DNA from: an uncultured Thermoplasmata archaeon
GTDB lineage: Archaea > Thermoplasmatota > Thermoplasmata > UBA10834
Direction of reading: 5' to 3'
Length of the DNA: 64,000 nucleotides
Assembly (NCBI GenBank): GCA_963719945.1
Contig: CAVRDX010000003.1
Coordinates: 64,001-128,000 of the forward strand
Below the pieces are notes generated by a model. That model saw only the letters and a list, made by a program, of their open reading frames with translations, searched no databases and had not been told where the DNA came from. Both the position numbers and the translations under genes were made by a program. Of the stretch, positions 8,462 through 16,571 are shown one piece after another; within the stretch, counting starts at the first letter, position 1, and every line of letters begins with the position of its first letter.

Positions 8462-8490
8462 GCACGTTCCTCCTTTCTTGAGATCCCTCT

Positions 8491-9135
8491 TCAGGTCAGT
8501 ATCTCATATGTGTTCGACAGGACCGAAGGTGTGGTGATTAGCACATAGGTCGGTATCCCGTGCTTCGGTATCAGGAGTATCGTAGCGTCCTGCTGGGTGA
8601 CGAGGCTCATGTCCGTAGGCAGTTGTTCAGCCAGGTCGATGTGCAACAGCGCAACATCTCCCTGAGTGATTCCCACATCTGCTGCGGTCCATGCAGCGAT
8701 ATTCAAGGGATATGTGTCCCTCAGACTCGCCACATCGAAAGTGCCATCCGTGGATGCGACAGTGTAGTCTGGACATGATAGCGTCTCATCTGCCTCTCCA
8801 TTTGATATCTCGATTATCAATGTGGCCAGGTTGATCACCGGGCTGCCCGCTGTCAGCGCCACCTTCAGGTACACATCAGTGATGACCAATGCACCCGTGC
8901 CATCATCCGCCGTCATTCCATATATCGCCAACACTTTCAGACCCGTTGCTACTTCCTGCAATGCCTGGTCGCCTGTCGCTTCTGCCTGTTGCTGTAGTTC
9001 GTATGCGGTTTGGACTAGGACGCCAGCTGCTACGGCGGCGACTAATATCATCGCTATGAAGATCAACAACGTGCCGACCCCCATCTCCCCTTCCTCACCC
9101 ATACGAATCCTTCTGGGCTTGGGTATCTTTTCCAT
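8491..9135 (-). CDS. arlB: Archaellin (ArlB/FlaB), copy 3
   Basis: GVGTLLIFIAMILVAAVAAGVLVQTA, AGSPVINL and PKHG motifs; GAGGAGG RBS. Confidence 0.96.
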   Translation of the reverse strand: MEKIPKPRRIRMGEEGEMGVGTLLIFIAMILVAAVAAGVLVQTAYELQQQAEATGDQALQEVATGLKVLAIYGMTADDGTGALVITDVYLKVALTAGSPVINLATLIIEISNGEADETLSCPDYTVASTDGTFDVASLRDTYPLNIAAWTAADVGITQGDVALLHIDLAEQLPTDMSLVTQQDATILLIPKHGIPTYVLITTPSVLSNTYEILT

Positions 9136-9303
9136 CTCTTTCCCTCCTCTGTGGTCGCGGAGAGGTCAGTCATCCAAAATCCAGACTGCATGAGTTGAGA
9201 ATGTCGTGTGCGGCGTGGAGCGCCCACTCTCAATTCTCAATCATCACCAGAATCATGGTGCCTGGCCTATCCGCGTAGTGTGATTCTCTTTCACTCCCGA
9301 GGT

Positions 9304-9331
9304 AGGTCTACAATTGCCCTGTGGATAGTCC
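9304..9331. repeat. Degenerate repeat copy C (2-nt insertion)
   Basis: AGGTCTACA-AT-TGCCCTGTGGATAGT-CC, same orientation as copy B. Confidence 0.85.
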
Positions 9332-9509
9332 AAGCGTCTTTTCTCTCGAGTGCGTTAGTGCCGCCTCTGAGAGCTATATCTGATTCTCATGTATGATAAA
9401 AATGGTTGTGTCGTGATTCTCTTTTTAGAAAATGACAAAATCAGTCCGAAAAGAATAGAACGTGAAATGGAGGGGAGTTAAAAGGCCCCCTTAATTTAGG
9501 AAAGGTTAT

Positions 9510-9836
9510 TCAGAGCTCGCCTCTTGGTTTCGGCGTAGCCATGTTCTGAACTATCTCCAGCGGTGCGGATCTGTAGTTCATATCCACTTTCATGTGCAGC
9601 GTGCCTCTCTCGTAGACAAGGGTGACGCTGCCTATTCGGGACTTGTATACCTTGTATCTTTTCCCATCCGCCGTTAACTCGCTGCCTTCCTGTTCGATCA
9701 GACCTGCCGCGGACAGCTCTCGAAGTTTTCGATAGCAGCTCGCAAGCGGTATGTCGAACATGAACGCGAGTTCTCTTGCGCTCCTAGCTTTATGGCTAGA
9801 CGCTGCAAGGATGTTCATGTTGTATTGGTCCGTCAA
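9510..9836 (-). CDS. Winged-HTH (ArsR-like) transcription regulator; true start probably upstream
   Basis: SARELAFMFDIPLASCYRKLRELSAAGLI HTH; paralogous to 10139-10507. Confidence 0.85.
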   Translation of the reverse strand: MTDQYNMNILAASSHKARSARELAFMFDIPLASCYRKLRELSAAGLIEQEGSELTADGKRYKVYKSRIGSVTLVYERGTLHMKVDMNYRSAPLEIVQNMATPKPRGEL

Positions 9837-10138
9837 TATCTGAGCGATGCCGAGCTTAGCATGCGCTATATCTGTATCGGTGGCCGTTTTATCCCCTCAC
9901 ACCAGGGGGGAGTTAGAGCTATATCCCGTCCCTTATCCTGGGGAAACTAATTCTAGGATATATATAATTGTCTTTTTGTTTCTAAACCATGAGAATCATT
10001 CGTACTCCTCAGATCGTAGATCTGTCGTTCGATTCTAGAGCATCCAAGTGAGGGGACCACTATTGATGATCATGCTCGACTTATCGTCGGTGATATTCTC
10101 TGATTGGAATTGAATGAGATTGTTTATGAACAGTTATC

Positions 10139-10507
10139 ATGAATGTAATGCAGGAGGCTCCCCCTTCGATGAATGCCTACGAACTGTCGAAACTCTTGAT
10201 CGACGAGTATTCCGCGAAGATACTCACGTATGCCAGAGACAAACCTCGATCAGTTCAGGACATGTGCCAGAGGCTCGACATACCCGTGACGCTCGGATAT
10301 CGGAGGGTCAACACACTTCTTAACGAAGGCCTCCTGAGTTGTGAGGGGAGATCCCTAACTCAGAGGGGCAAGTGGACCAAGCTGTATGTTTCTCAGGTCC
10401 GACGAGCCCAGATCTTCTTCGATGATGGTAAGGTGCGTCTGAAGTTCGAGTTCAAGACGGGTCAGGTTCGATGGTCGGATGATTGGGAAGCTGCCCCGGC
10501 CGTATGA
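10139..10507 (+). CDS. Winged-HTH (ArsR-like) transcription regulator, divergent paralog
   Basis: SVQDMCQRLDIPVTLGYRRVNTLLNEGLL HTH; the start may be the internal MNAYE. Confidence 0.85.
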   Translation: MNVMQEAPPSMNAYELSKLLIDEYSAKILTYARDKPRSVQDMCQRLDIPVTLGYRRVNTLLNEGLLSCEGRSLTQRGKWTKLYVSQVRRAQIFFDDGKVRLKFEFKTGQVRWSDDWEAAPAV

Positions 10508-10561
10508 TCATGGGCAACTGGATCTATTCAATCCAGAGATACTGATAATCATATCCGAGAT

Positions 10562-11839
10562 TTGACCGGAAACCTATTTCATGGCTTCCGACGATGCCCC
10601 CTGCATAGCCTGCCTTTCCGCTGTTTGGGTTGTCATAGCCCAGCGCGTGCCTGGCCTGGTGCGGACATGAACGCGCAACAGAGTAGCCAGAAGGATCGGG
10701 GTCCCACAGACATCGACCTCGCCAATTACGCAAAGGCCTATATGGCCGCTTACATGAGCGCTGTACAGAGCGAGAGCCCTGAACATATCCCTCAGTTCTA
10801 CAAGAATCACCCTTACGGTGTCGAAGTCTGCTACATGCCGAATGGCAGTTTCTGCATGCTTTTTGAGAGAGCCGACAGGCCCACGATAGCCGTCTCAGGC
10901 CAGGAATGGGACTATGTCATGGGGAAGATCATGTCTGGCGTGTTCTATCTGGCCACAGTATATTCACACGAAGGAGTCTCGGTCGAGGACGCTTCCGCGA
11001 GGGGCCGCCGGGATGCGATACGGGACATACGAGCGATGGAGAGCTCTGACATCGTGGACGCCACTCGTCAGCTCGAGAGCATTGTGCGCGAATTGAGCGA
11101 CGTGAATCTATGGATGAAGAATCCGGTCAAGATGGCCGACAATGCAGTGGCGAGACTCGAGCCATTGAAGCAGATGATCGCCCGCTCCGGCCCGATAATG
11201 GACAAGATGTCCATGGTGGATGGCCTGAGACGATGTCCTTCCGGGCCATCGGAGATGAAGCTGGATTCAGACGGAATTGAGATGCTCTCGACCGTGGTGA
11301 AGCAGATGACGGACCTGTCGGAGCTGCTCAGGGACGTGAAACTACAGGGAGAGAAGCTGGAGGAAATCGAAAGCCATCTCAGAACCGAGGTCCACGACTT
11401 CAAGATAGAGCTTGACAAGAAAGTCGCGAAAGGCCTAGGTGTGATACTGTCCACCACGGATAGGAAGATCGACAAGGCGTTCGCTTCCATACAACCTGGT
11501 CAACAGGAAGATGAAAGCGACGATTCATTGGATGATCTGTACGATGAGGTGAACTCCCTCAGGGAAGCGGTTGATAAGCTGCAGGCCGAAGAGAAAGACG
11601 ATACCGACGAAAAGATAGCTGCCCTTTCCGATGAGCTGCTGGCGCTCAAGGATGCGCTCAGCAACATCAAGATCCCGGTGATCGAGCCTCCGGTTATGCC
11701 TGAGCCAAAGATCCCTGCGGAACTGCTCATGGGGATCAAGGATGTCCGAGGAGATGTCGGCAAGATCAATCTGCGAGTCAAGAGGATCGAGGAATATCTC
11801 ACCGCTCTTTCGGCGGCGAGGCGGTCATCCAACAGATGA
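10562..11839 (+). CDS. Hypothetical protein with a long coiled-coil C-terminal region
   Basis: Long ORF with heptad-rich helices and no recognisable catalytic motif; likely start at MNAQQ (~10667). Confidence 0.7.
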   Translation: MTGNLFHGFRRCPLHSLPFRCLGCHSPARAWPGADMNAQQSSQKDRGPTDIDLANYAKAYMAAYMSAVQSESPEHIPQFYKNHPYGVEVCYMPNGSFCMLFERADRPTIAVSGQEWDYVMGKIMSGVFYLATVYSHEGVSVEDASARGRRDAIRDIRAMESSDIVDATRQLESIVRELSDVNLWMKNPVKMADNAVARLEPLKQMIARSGPIMDKMSMVDGLRRCPSGPSEMKLDSDGIEMLSTVVKQMTDLSELLRDVKLQGEKLEEIESHLRTEVHDFKIELDKKVAKGLGVILSTTDRKIDKAFASIQPGQQEDESDDSLDDLYDEVNSLREAVDKLQAEEKDDTDEKIAALSDELLALKDALSNIKIPVIEPPVMPEPKIPAELLMGIKDVRGDVGKINLRVKRIEEYLTALSAARRSSNR

Positions 11840-11840
11840 T

Positions 11841-12311
11841 TCAGAGCTGAACCGTTATGTCTTCTTTGATCCTGTCGAGGATCAGATAGGTATTGCTTCT
11901 TTCGACCTCGTCTATCTTTATGATCGAATCGATTATGTCCTTCAACTCCTCTCTTGAGGACGCTCTCAGAAGGATGGCGAAATCTATGTTCCCGAGCAGA
12001 AAGTAAGCTGCCCATACTCCAGAGATCTTGGATATCTTCTCACCGATCTTCTTCGAGTAATCTGGACCATATCTGCCAGTGATCAATGATATCGCCAGGA
12101 TCTCCTTTCCGACCTTGAGGGGGTTCACGCACGCCTTGAATCCGGTGATCACTCCTTCTTCGACCAGTCTGTTCACTCGGTAGTGGACTGTGGATGACGA
12201 CAACCCAGTCTTCTCTCCGATCTTCTTCAGACTCACGTTGCAGTCGTCTTGAAGCATTTTCAAAATGATCCGATCGCTCTTGTCAAGTGTCGCGGGATTC
12301 TCTTTCTCCAA
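11841..12311 (-). CDS. Lrp/AsnC family transcription regulator
   Basis: LDKSDRIILKMLQDD...GLSSSTVHYRVNRLVEEGVI with a RAM domain; TTG start at 12311 after GGAGG. Confidence 0.92.
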   Translation of the reverse strand: MEKENPATLDKSDRIILKMLQDDCNVSLKKIGEKTGLSSSTVHYRVNRLVEEGVITGFKACVNPLKVGKEILAISLITGRYGPDYSKKIGEKISKISGVWAAYFLLGNIDFAILLRASSREELKDIIDSIIKIDEVERSNTYLILDRIKEDITVQL

Positions 12312-12513
12312 ACGAGGCGCCTCCCTCAAGACGTTCGAAAAGGTAAGATGAAATTCGGATAGATAACGCTTTCGTTGACTCATACTTGAATCGAAAGGGA
12401 ATCGAAGCTTTTTGAATGTGATGAGCCACCACATTGTACAGATATGTGTCTCCACTTGGAGTCTCGACACATGCATATATGGACCATCGGCAGACCCATT
12501 CGCAGATGGTGTA

Positions 12514-13719
12514 TCAGATGAAAGCTCCGATGGTGGGCAGGTCGAGAAGGTCCATGTCGAAGAAGATTATCCCTTCCCTCACTTCATCACGTCCGAGCGT
12601 CTGTCTATCTCTCAGTTGCGCAAGGAATGATGATCGCCACCATAGGTCCACGATGGTATTCGCCATTGCGCCTAGATAGACCTGCCCGAAGTTGTATTCG
12701 TAGCCGTCCTCGTCACAGAGATATGCGGCGTGACCGAGGAAGCAATCCCTCGAGTTCACCAGCATCAGATATCTCTCCATCTCCTTCTTGCCATCTTCCG
12801 ATAGCGGCAGCAACGAGATGCCCATAGGATCAACTTTCACGAACTCGTTTAACGATCCATCCTCCGAGAGGTCATATCCAACGATGTTTCTTCCGCTTAG
12901 TTGGAAGACCCTCCAATCCAACCGTTCATCGACATAGACTGGAAGGTAGCTCAGGTCTGGCAGGTCGAACAGTTCCGTGCCTAGCAAAAGGGCCAGTTCT
13001 TCGACGTTCGTCTCTGGCTCTGATATCCTTGCCCTCCTCGCGATGTCCTGTGCAGTGGAGTTCTGCCTCGTGTTTCCGTGTTCGGCATAAGTCAGTACCC
13101 TGCTGAGGCCGATCTCGTCGAGGAGGTCATCTGAAAGGAATCTGCATGCGTCGCGTACAGAACCAGCCGATTGGATGGTCTTGGTATCCTTTGCGTTATT
13201 GGAGAATTGATAGAACACATTCCGGGCCGATTCGAGCTCCTCATCTACCCTTGTCCCGCCTATTGCGTCGAGTATCTCGATACCATGATCTGCCAGGCGC
13301 TTCCCAGGCAGTCCTATCCCTCTGCAGGATAGGTTCACGTTCAACTGTATCCTCCATCCAGCGAAGACACTTATGGGGAATGCCTTGCAGAAATGGAGTC
13401 GGTTATCATACACGCCGCATCTCCTTTCCTTCAGGAAATGGCATGCGCCATGCGCTCCCTGCAGTTTTATGGCGGCCCCGTCGACCTCTGGAGATATATG
13501 TTGGTCAGTGACGCCTGACATCAACTCTGGATCGCTACGGAACTTCTTCTCTTCATTTGGGAGCAATTCTGGCTGACACAGGCAGCAGAGGGCACAACCA
13601 TCGATGCATTCGTAGGTCGTATCGCCCAGTTCAGATAGATCCAGTTCGGTCTTGTATGATGATTCGCTTCTATTTGCCAATGACTTCCCTTCCCATCCGG
13701 TCCCCTGACTGCGATCCAT
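12514..13719 (-). CDS. YkgJ-family (CxxCxxCC) cysteine-cluster protein with a long C-terminal extension
   Basis: YECIDGCALCC...ACHFL...CGVYDNRLHFCKAFP; the true start is probably ~13680. Confidence 0.8.
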   Translation of the reverse strand: MDRSQGTGWEGKSLANRSESSYKTELDLSELGDTTYECIDGCALCCLCQPELLPNEEKKFRSDPELMSGVTDQHISPEVDGAAIKLQGAHGACHFLKERRCGVYDNRLHFCKAFPISVFAGWRIQLNVNLSCRGIGLPGKRLADHGIEILDAIGGTRVDEELESARNVFYQFSNNAKDTKTIQSAGSVRDACRFLSDDLLDEIGLSRVLTYAEHGNTRQNSTAQDIARRARISEPETNVEELALLLGTELFDLPDLSYLPVYVDERLDWRVFQLSGRNIVGYDLSEDGSLNEFVKVDPMGISLLPLSEDGKKEMERYLMLVNSRDCFLGHAAYLCDEDGYEYNFGQVYLGAMANTIVDLWWRSSFLAQLRDRQTLGRDEVREGIIFFDMDLLDLPTIGAFI

Positions 13720-14941
13720 CTTCCATCATGAGTTCTCCTCCGGCAAAGACCGCTTTCGGGAATATACAGGGCATCCCGTCGAACGCGCTCCATCCGCACT
13801 TGGTGAGGAGTCTGTCTCCCCTTATCTCGCTTCCTTCCATGAAATCCACGACGACTAGGTCCGCATCATATCCAGGCTCGATCTTGCCCTTCGGTATTCC
13901 GAATATCTCACCAGGTCTTTCGCACATCGCTCTGATCACTGTGGCGAGGGCTAGATGTCTCTCCCTGACCAGCTGTAGCATGAGCGGATACATGGTCTCG
14001 ACACCCGGCATTCCACAAGGTGCATACTGGAAATCCTCACTCTTCTCGGCCATCGTATGAGGTGCATGATCGGATGCGACCATGTCGAACCTGCCCTGTT
14101 TGAATGCGAGGTACAGTGCCTGCCTATCTGCACGTGACCGGAGCGGGGGATTCACCTTCCCCAGAGCTCCTATCGGTCGATCCTTATCGAGCAACAGATG
14201 ATGTGGTGAGACCTCGGTGGTCATGTTCCTCTGCCCAGTCACCAGTGGTATGGATTCCCTGGCTGAGACATGACAGATATGCAGCCTGCAATCCGGAGCA
14301 GCATCTGCTATCTTTCTTATCGCGCTAGTCTCGCAATCATTGTTCCTTGCTGCGAGATGGTCGTGCAAGTTCTTCTCGTCTCGTTCCTTGTCCCTCAACG
14401 ACTCGTCCTCTGCATGCACCGCGAGTATCTTGCCACATGCGCCGATTCTTGAGAGTTCAGATGCGATGGACCCAAGTGATGGAGCCAGCAGGTTGCCTGT
14501 GGTTCCTGCCATGTATAGCTTGAAGCCTATCGCTTTCTCAGCCAACCCCTCGACATCTATCCCTGGCTGGACTCCTACAAAGAGTCCGAAATCCACAAGT
14601 GATCTCGAGAGTGCGATCTCTCTCTTCCCATTCAGAGAGTCAATGGTGGTCGTAGGCGGTTTGGTGTTGGGCATATCGAACACGCATGTGACGCCTCCGT
14701 GGAGTGCGGCGAGCGATCCGGACCCGAAATCCTCTTTGTGAGTCATCCCAGGGTCACGGAAATGGACATGAGGATCGATCGCAGCAGGTAGTATCTTCTT
14801 GCTGCCGAAGTCCATGCGTTTGTCGCAGTCGATGCTCTTCGCGACCTTGACGATTCTGCCATTATCTATCCCAATCTCGAGGTGTTTGAATTTACCATGC
14901 AGATAGCAGTCGCCTGCGATGACCAGATCCATTTCATTCAC
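13670..14941 (-). CDS. pyrC: Dihydroorotase (type I amidohydrolase)
   Basis: IDPHVHFRDPG, DMPNTKP, KVNPPLR and SDHAPH motifs. Confidence 0.9.
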   Translation of the reverse strand: MNEMDLVIAGDCYLHGKFKHLEIGIDNGRIVKVAKSIDCDKRMDFGSKKILPAAIDPHVHFRDPGMTHKEDFGSGSLAALHGGVTCVFDMPNTKPPTTTIDSLNGKREIALSRSLVDFGLFVGVQPGIDVEGLAEKAIGFKLYMAGTTGNLLAPSLGSIASELSRIGACGKILAVHAEDESLRDKERDEKNLHDHLAARNNDCETSAIRKIADAAPDCRLHICHVSARESIPLVTGQRNMTTEVSPHHLLLDKDRPIGALGKVNPPLRSRADRQALYLAFKQGRFDMVASDHAPHTMAEKSEDFQYAPCGMPGVETMYPLMLQLVRERHLALATVIRAMCERPGEIFGIPKGKIEPGYDADLVVVDFMEGSEIRGDRLLTKCGWSAFDGMPCIFPKAVFAGGELMMEDGSQSGDRMGREVIGK

Positions 14942-15536
14942 TCAGTCTTCTACGTTTGACCTTCCCTCTGGGTGATTCTTCCGAGAATACCTCTGCTGTG
15001 AACTTGAAGACCTTCGTGTCCCCATCGAGCCAGGTATCTGGTGGAAGACCTGCCTTGACGCAAGTCTGCGACAGGAACTCCCGCGCATCCCACCCCCATT
15101 CTACTGGCACCTGTGGGAGCAACAGGCCGCGATTCCATCCCTTCTGGACGATCAACCCATCGTCTCCAATATGAACCTGATTCGGCAGGTCCTGACATCT
15201 CTTCGCTTTGATCTCTTCGGGTGGAGTCAACAGACTGACTTCCACCTTGATCTCCCCTAGTTCATGCGCTTTCACCGGGGGGAACCTGGGATCCCGCGAA
15301 CTCGCACTTATTGCGGAGTCCTTGAGCGCATCTTCGAGCGGGATAATCGGCTCAGGGTAGCCTATGCACCCCCTCAATTCATCGTGGGGGTGTGTCGTCA
15401 GTGTCACGAATACCCCCATCTTGTTCTTGAATGACTCCGGAAGGCCGAGATCAGAGATCTTCTCCCTCTTGACATGACTCTCGACGACTCTCCTCGCAGC
15501 CGTCACGGCCAGTTCGCCATCTTCATCGGAGAACAT
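14934..15536 (-). CDS. AMMECR1-domain protein (TIGR00296-like)
   Basis: GVFVTL, LRGCIG, DPRF and GLLLPQV motifs. Confidence 0.93.
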   Translation of the reverse strand: MFSDEDGELAVTAARRVVESHVKREKISDLGLPESFKNKMGVFVTLTTHPHDELRGCIGYPEPIIPLEDALKDSAISASSRDPRFPPVKAHELGEIKVEVSLLTPPEEIKAKRCQDLPNQVHIGDDGLIVQKGWNRGLLLPQVPVEWGWDAREFLSQTCVKAGLPPDTWLDGDTKVFKFTAEVFSEESPRGKVKRRRLSE

Positions 15537-15695
15537 GATGGTATTCCCTTGGTCCTAACGAATCTGGTGGATATAGACTTTTCAACAGGTATGAGCGTCC
15601 GATCGGCCTTTTCGGCCAAGAATCCCCCATCGCTGGCCTGTGACTCATGAACCAAACCTTAAATATCCTCAATACGAATCCATAGACCGGATTAG

Positions 15696-16106
15696 ATGAA
15701 GTTCGTCAAGCTCTCCCAGTCCGAGTTCGAGGAGATACGGAAGCTGTACGAAGGTGTCATGTCTCAGGCATGCCACGGGCTGTTCTTCAGAGAAGGCATG
15801 ATCCTGGGAGAGGAGATCTCCAAGATCGCACTTCAGGAGCCTGAGAAATACTTCGAGATATGTGGCAATCTGCTCAGGGCGCGAGGCTGGATCGATAATA
15901 TCGTCTTCGAGGAATCCACGGCGACAGCAGAAGGGTCCGTCGAGGCGACCCAATCGGATATCCCGACTTGTCACAGGCTGAGAGGTATTGTAAAGAAGGT
16001 ATACGAGGCCAAGACTCACAGGAGATTCCACTGCGACGAGATCGAGTGTGTGAGCAAAGGCGACAAGCACTGCGTTTTCAAGGTAGAACAGGTAGGAGGG
16101 GACTGA
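15696..16106 (+). CDS. Stand-alone V4R-domain protein
   Basis: PTCHRLRG...EIECVSKGDKHCVF is the V4R C/E/C/C pattern. Confidence 0.85.
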   Translation: MKFVKLSQSEFEEIRKLYEGVMSQACHGLFFREGMILGEEISKIALQEPEKYFEICGNLLRARGWIDNIVFEESTATAEGSVEATQSDIPTCHRLRGIVKKVYEAKTHRRFHCDEIECVSKGDKHCVFKVEQVGGD

Positions 16107-16107
16107 A

Positions 16108-16455
16108 TTGGAGCTTAAGCCAGCCCTCAGGGCGTTGAGGGAGAGTTGCGGGGCAATAGCATCTGCGATCATAAGCAGGGACGGACTCGTCATTGCAGCT
16201 GATCTGCCCGATGGTGTATCTATGGACACATTCGCTATCATGTGCGCTACTCTCATCGGCGCGGCGTCTACTGCCAACTCTGAGCTGAGAGTCGGCACGC
16301 CGCAGTCCGTGGTGGTCGAGTGCGAGGATGCGAAGATGGTCGTCGTCGGCGCCGGAAGAAAGGCTCTCGTCGTCACAGTCATCTCCATAAAGAGCGACGA
16401 ATCGGTCGCGAAGAAGGAGCTGCTGAAGCTAGCGGATTCCATCAAGATGATCTGA
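16108..16455 (+). CDS. Roadblock/LC7 (MglB-like) protein
   Basis: SAIISRDGLVIAA, FAIMCATLIGAA; ~115 aa. Confidence 0.9.
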   Translation: MELKPALRALRESCGAIASAIISRDGLVIAADLPDGVSMDTFAIMCATLIGAASTANSELRVGTPQSVVVECEDAKMVVVGAGRKALVVTVISIKSDESVAKKELLKLADSIKMI

Positions 16456-16518
16456 TTCCAGAATCTTCGAATCCGTCTCGACTCATTCACGTTTTGAGAA
16501 ATCATAAGGTGTTTCAGA

Positions 16519-16545
16519 GGGTCAGAGCGCGAACCGCCCTGACCC
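16519..16545. terminator. Hairpin between the convergent Roadblock and AOR genes
   Basis: Minus strand GGGTCAGGGCG-GTTCG-CGCTCTGACCC forms an 11-bp stem with one G-U pair. Confidence 0.55.
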
Positions 16546-16571
16546 GGTCTGGTTTAGTTTCCAGCAAAGGC

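Noticed and set aside
4801-9135. Gene conversion or shuffling between the two short archaellins
   Set aside because: The N-terminal proteins are nearly identical but the DNA differs at many synonymous sites, which fits purifying selection.
5755-9331. The 28-bp repeats as a CRISPR array or transposon terminal repeats
   Set aside because: There are only three copies, kilobases apart and in mixed orientation, with no spacers, cas genes, transposase or evident target-site duplication.
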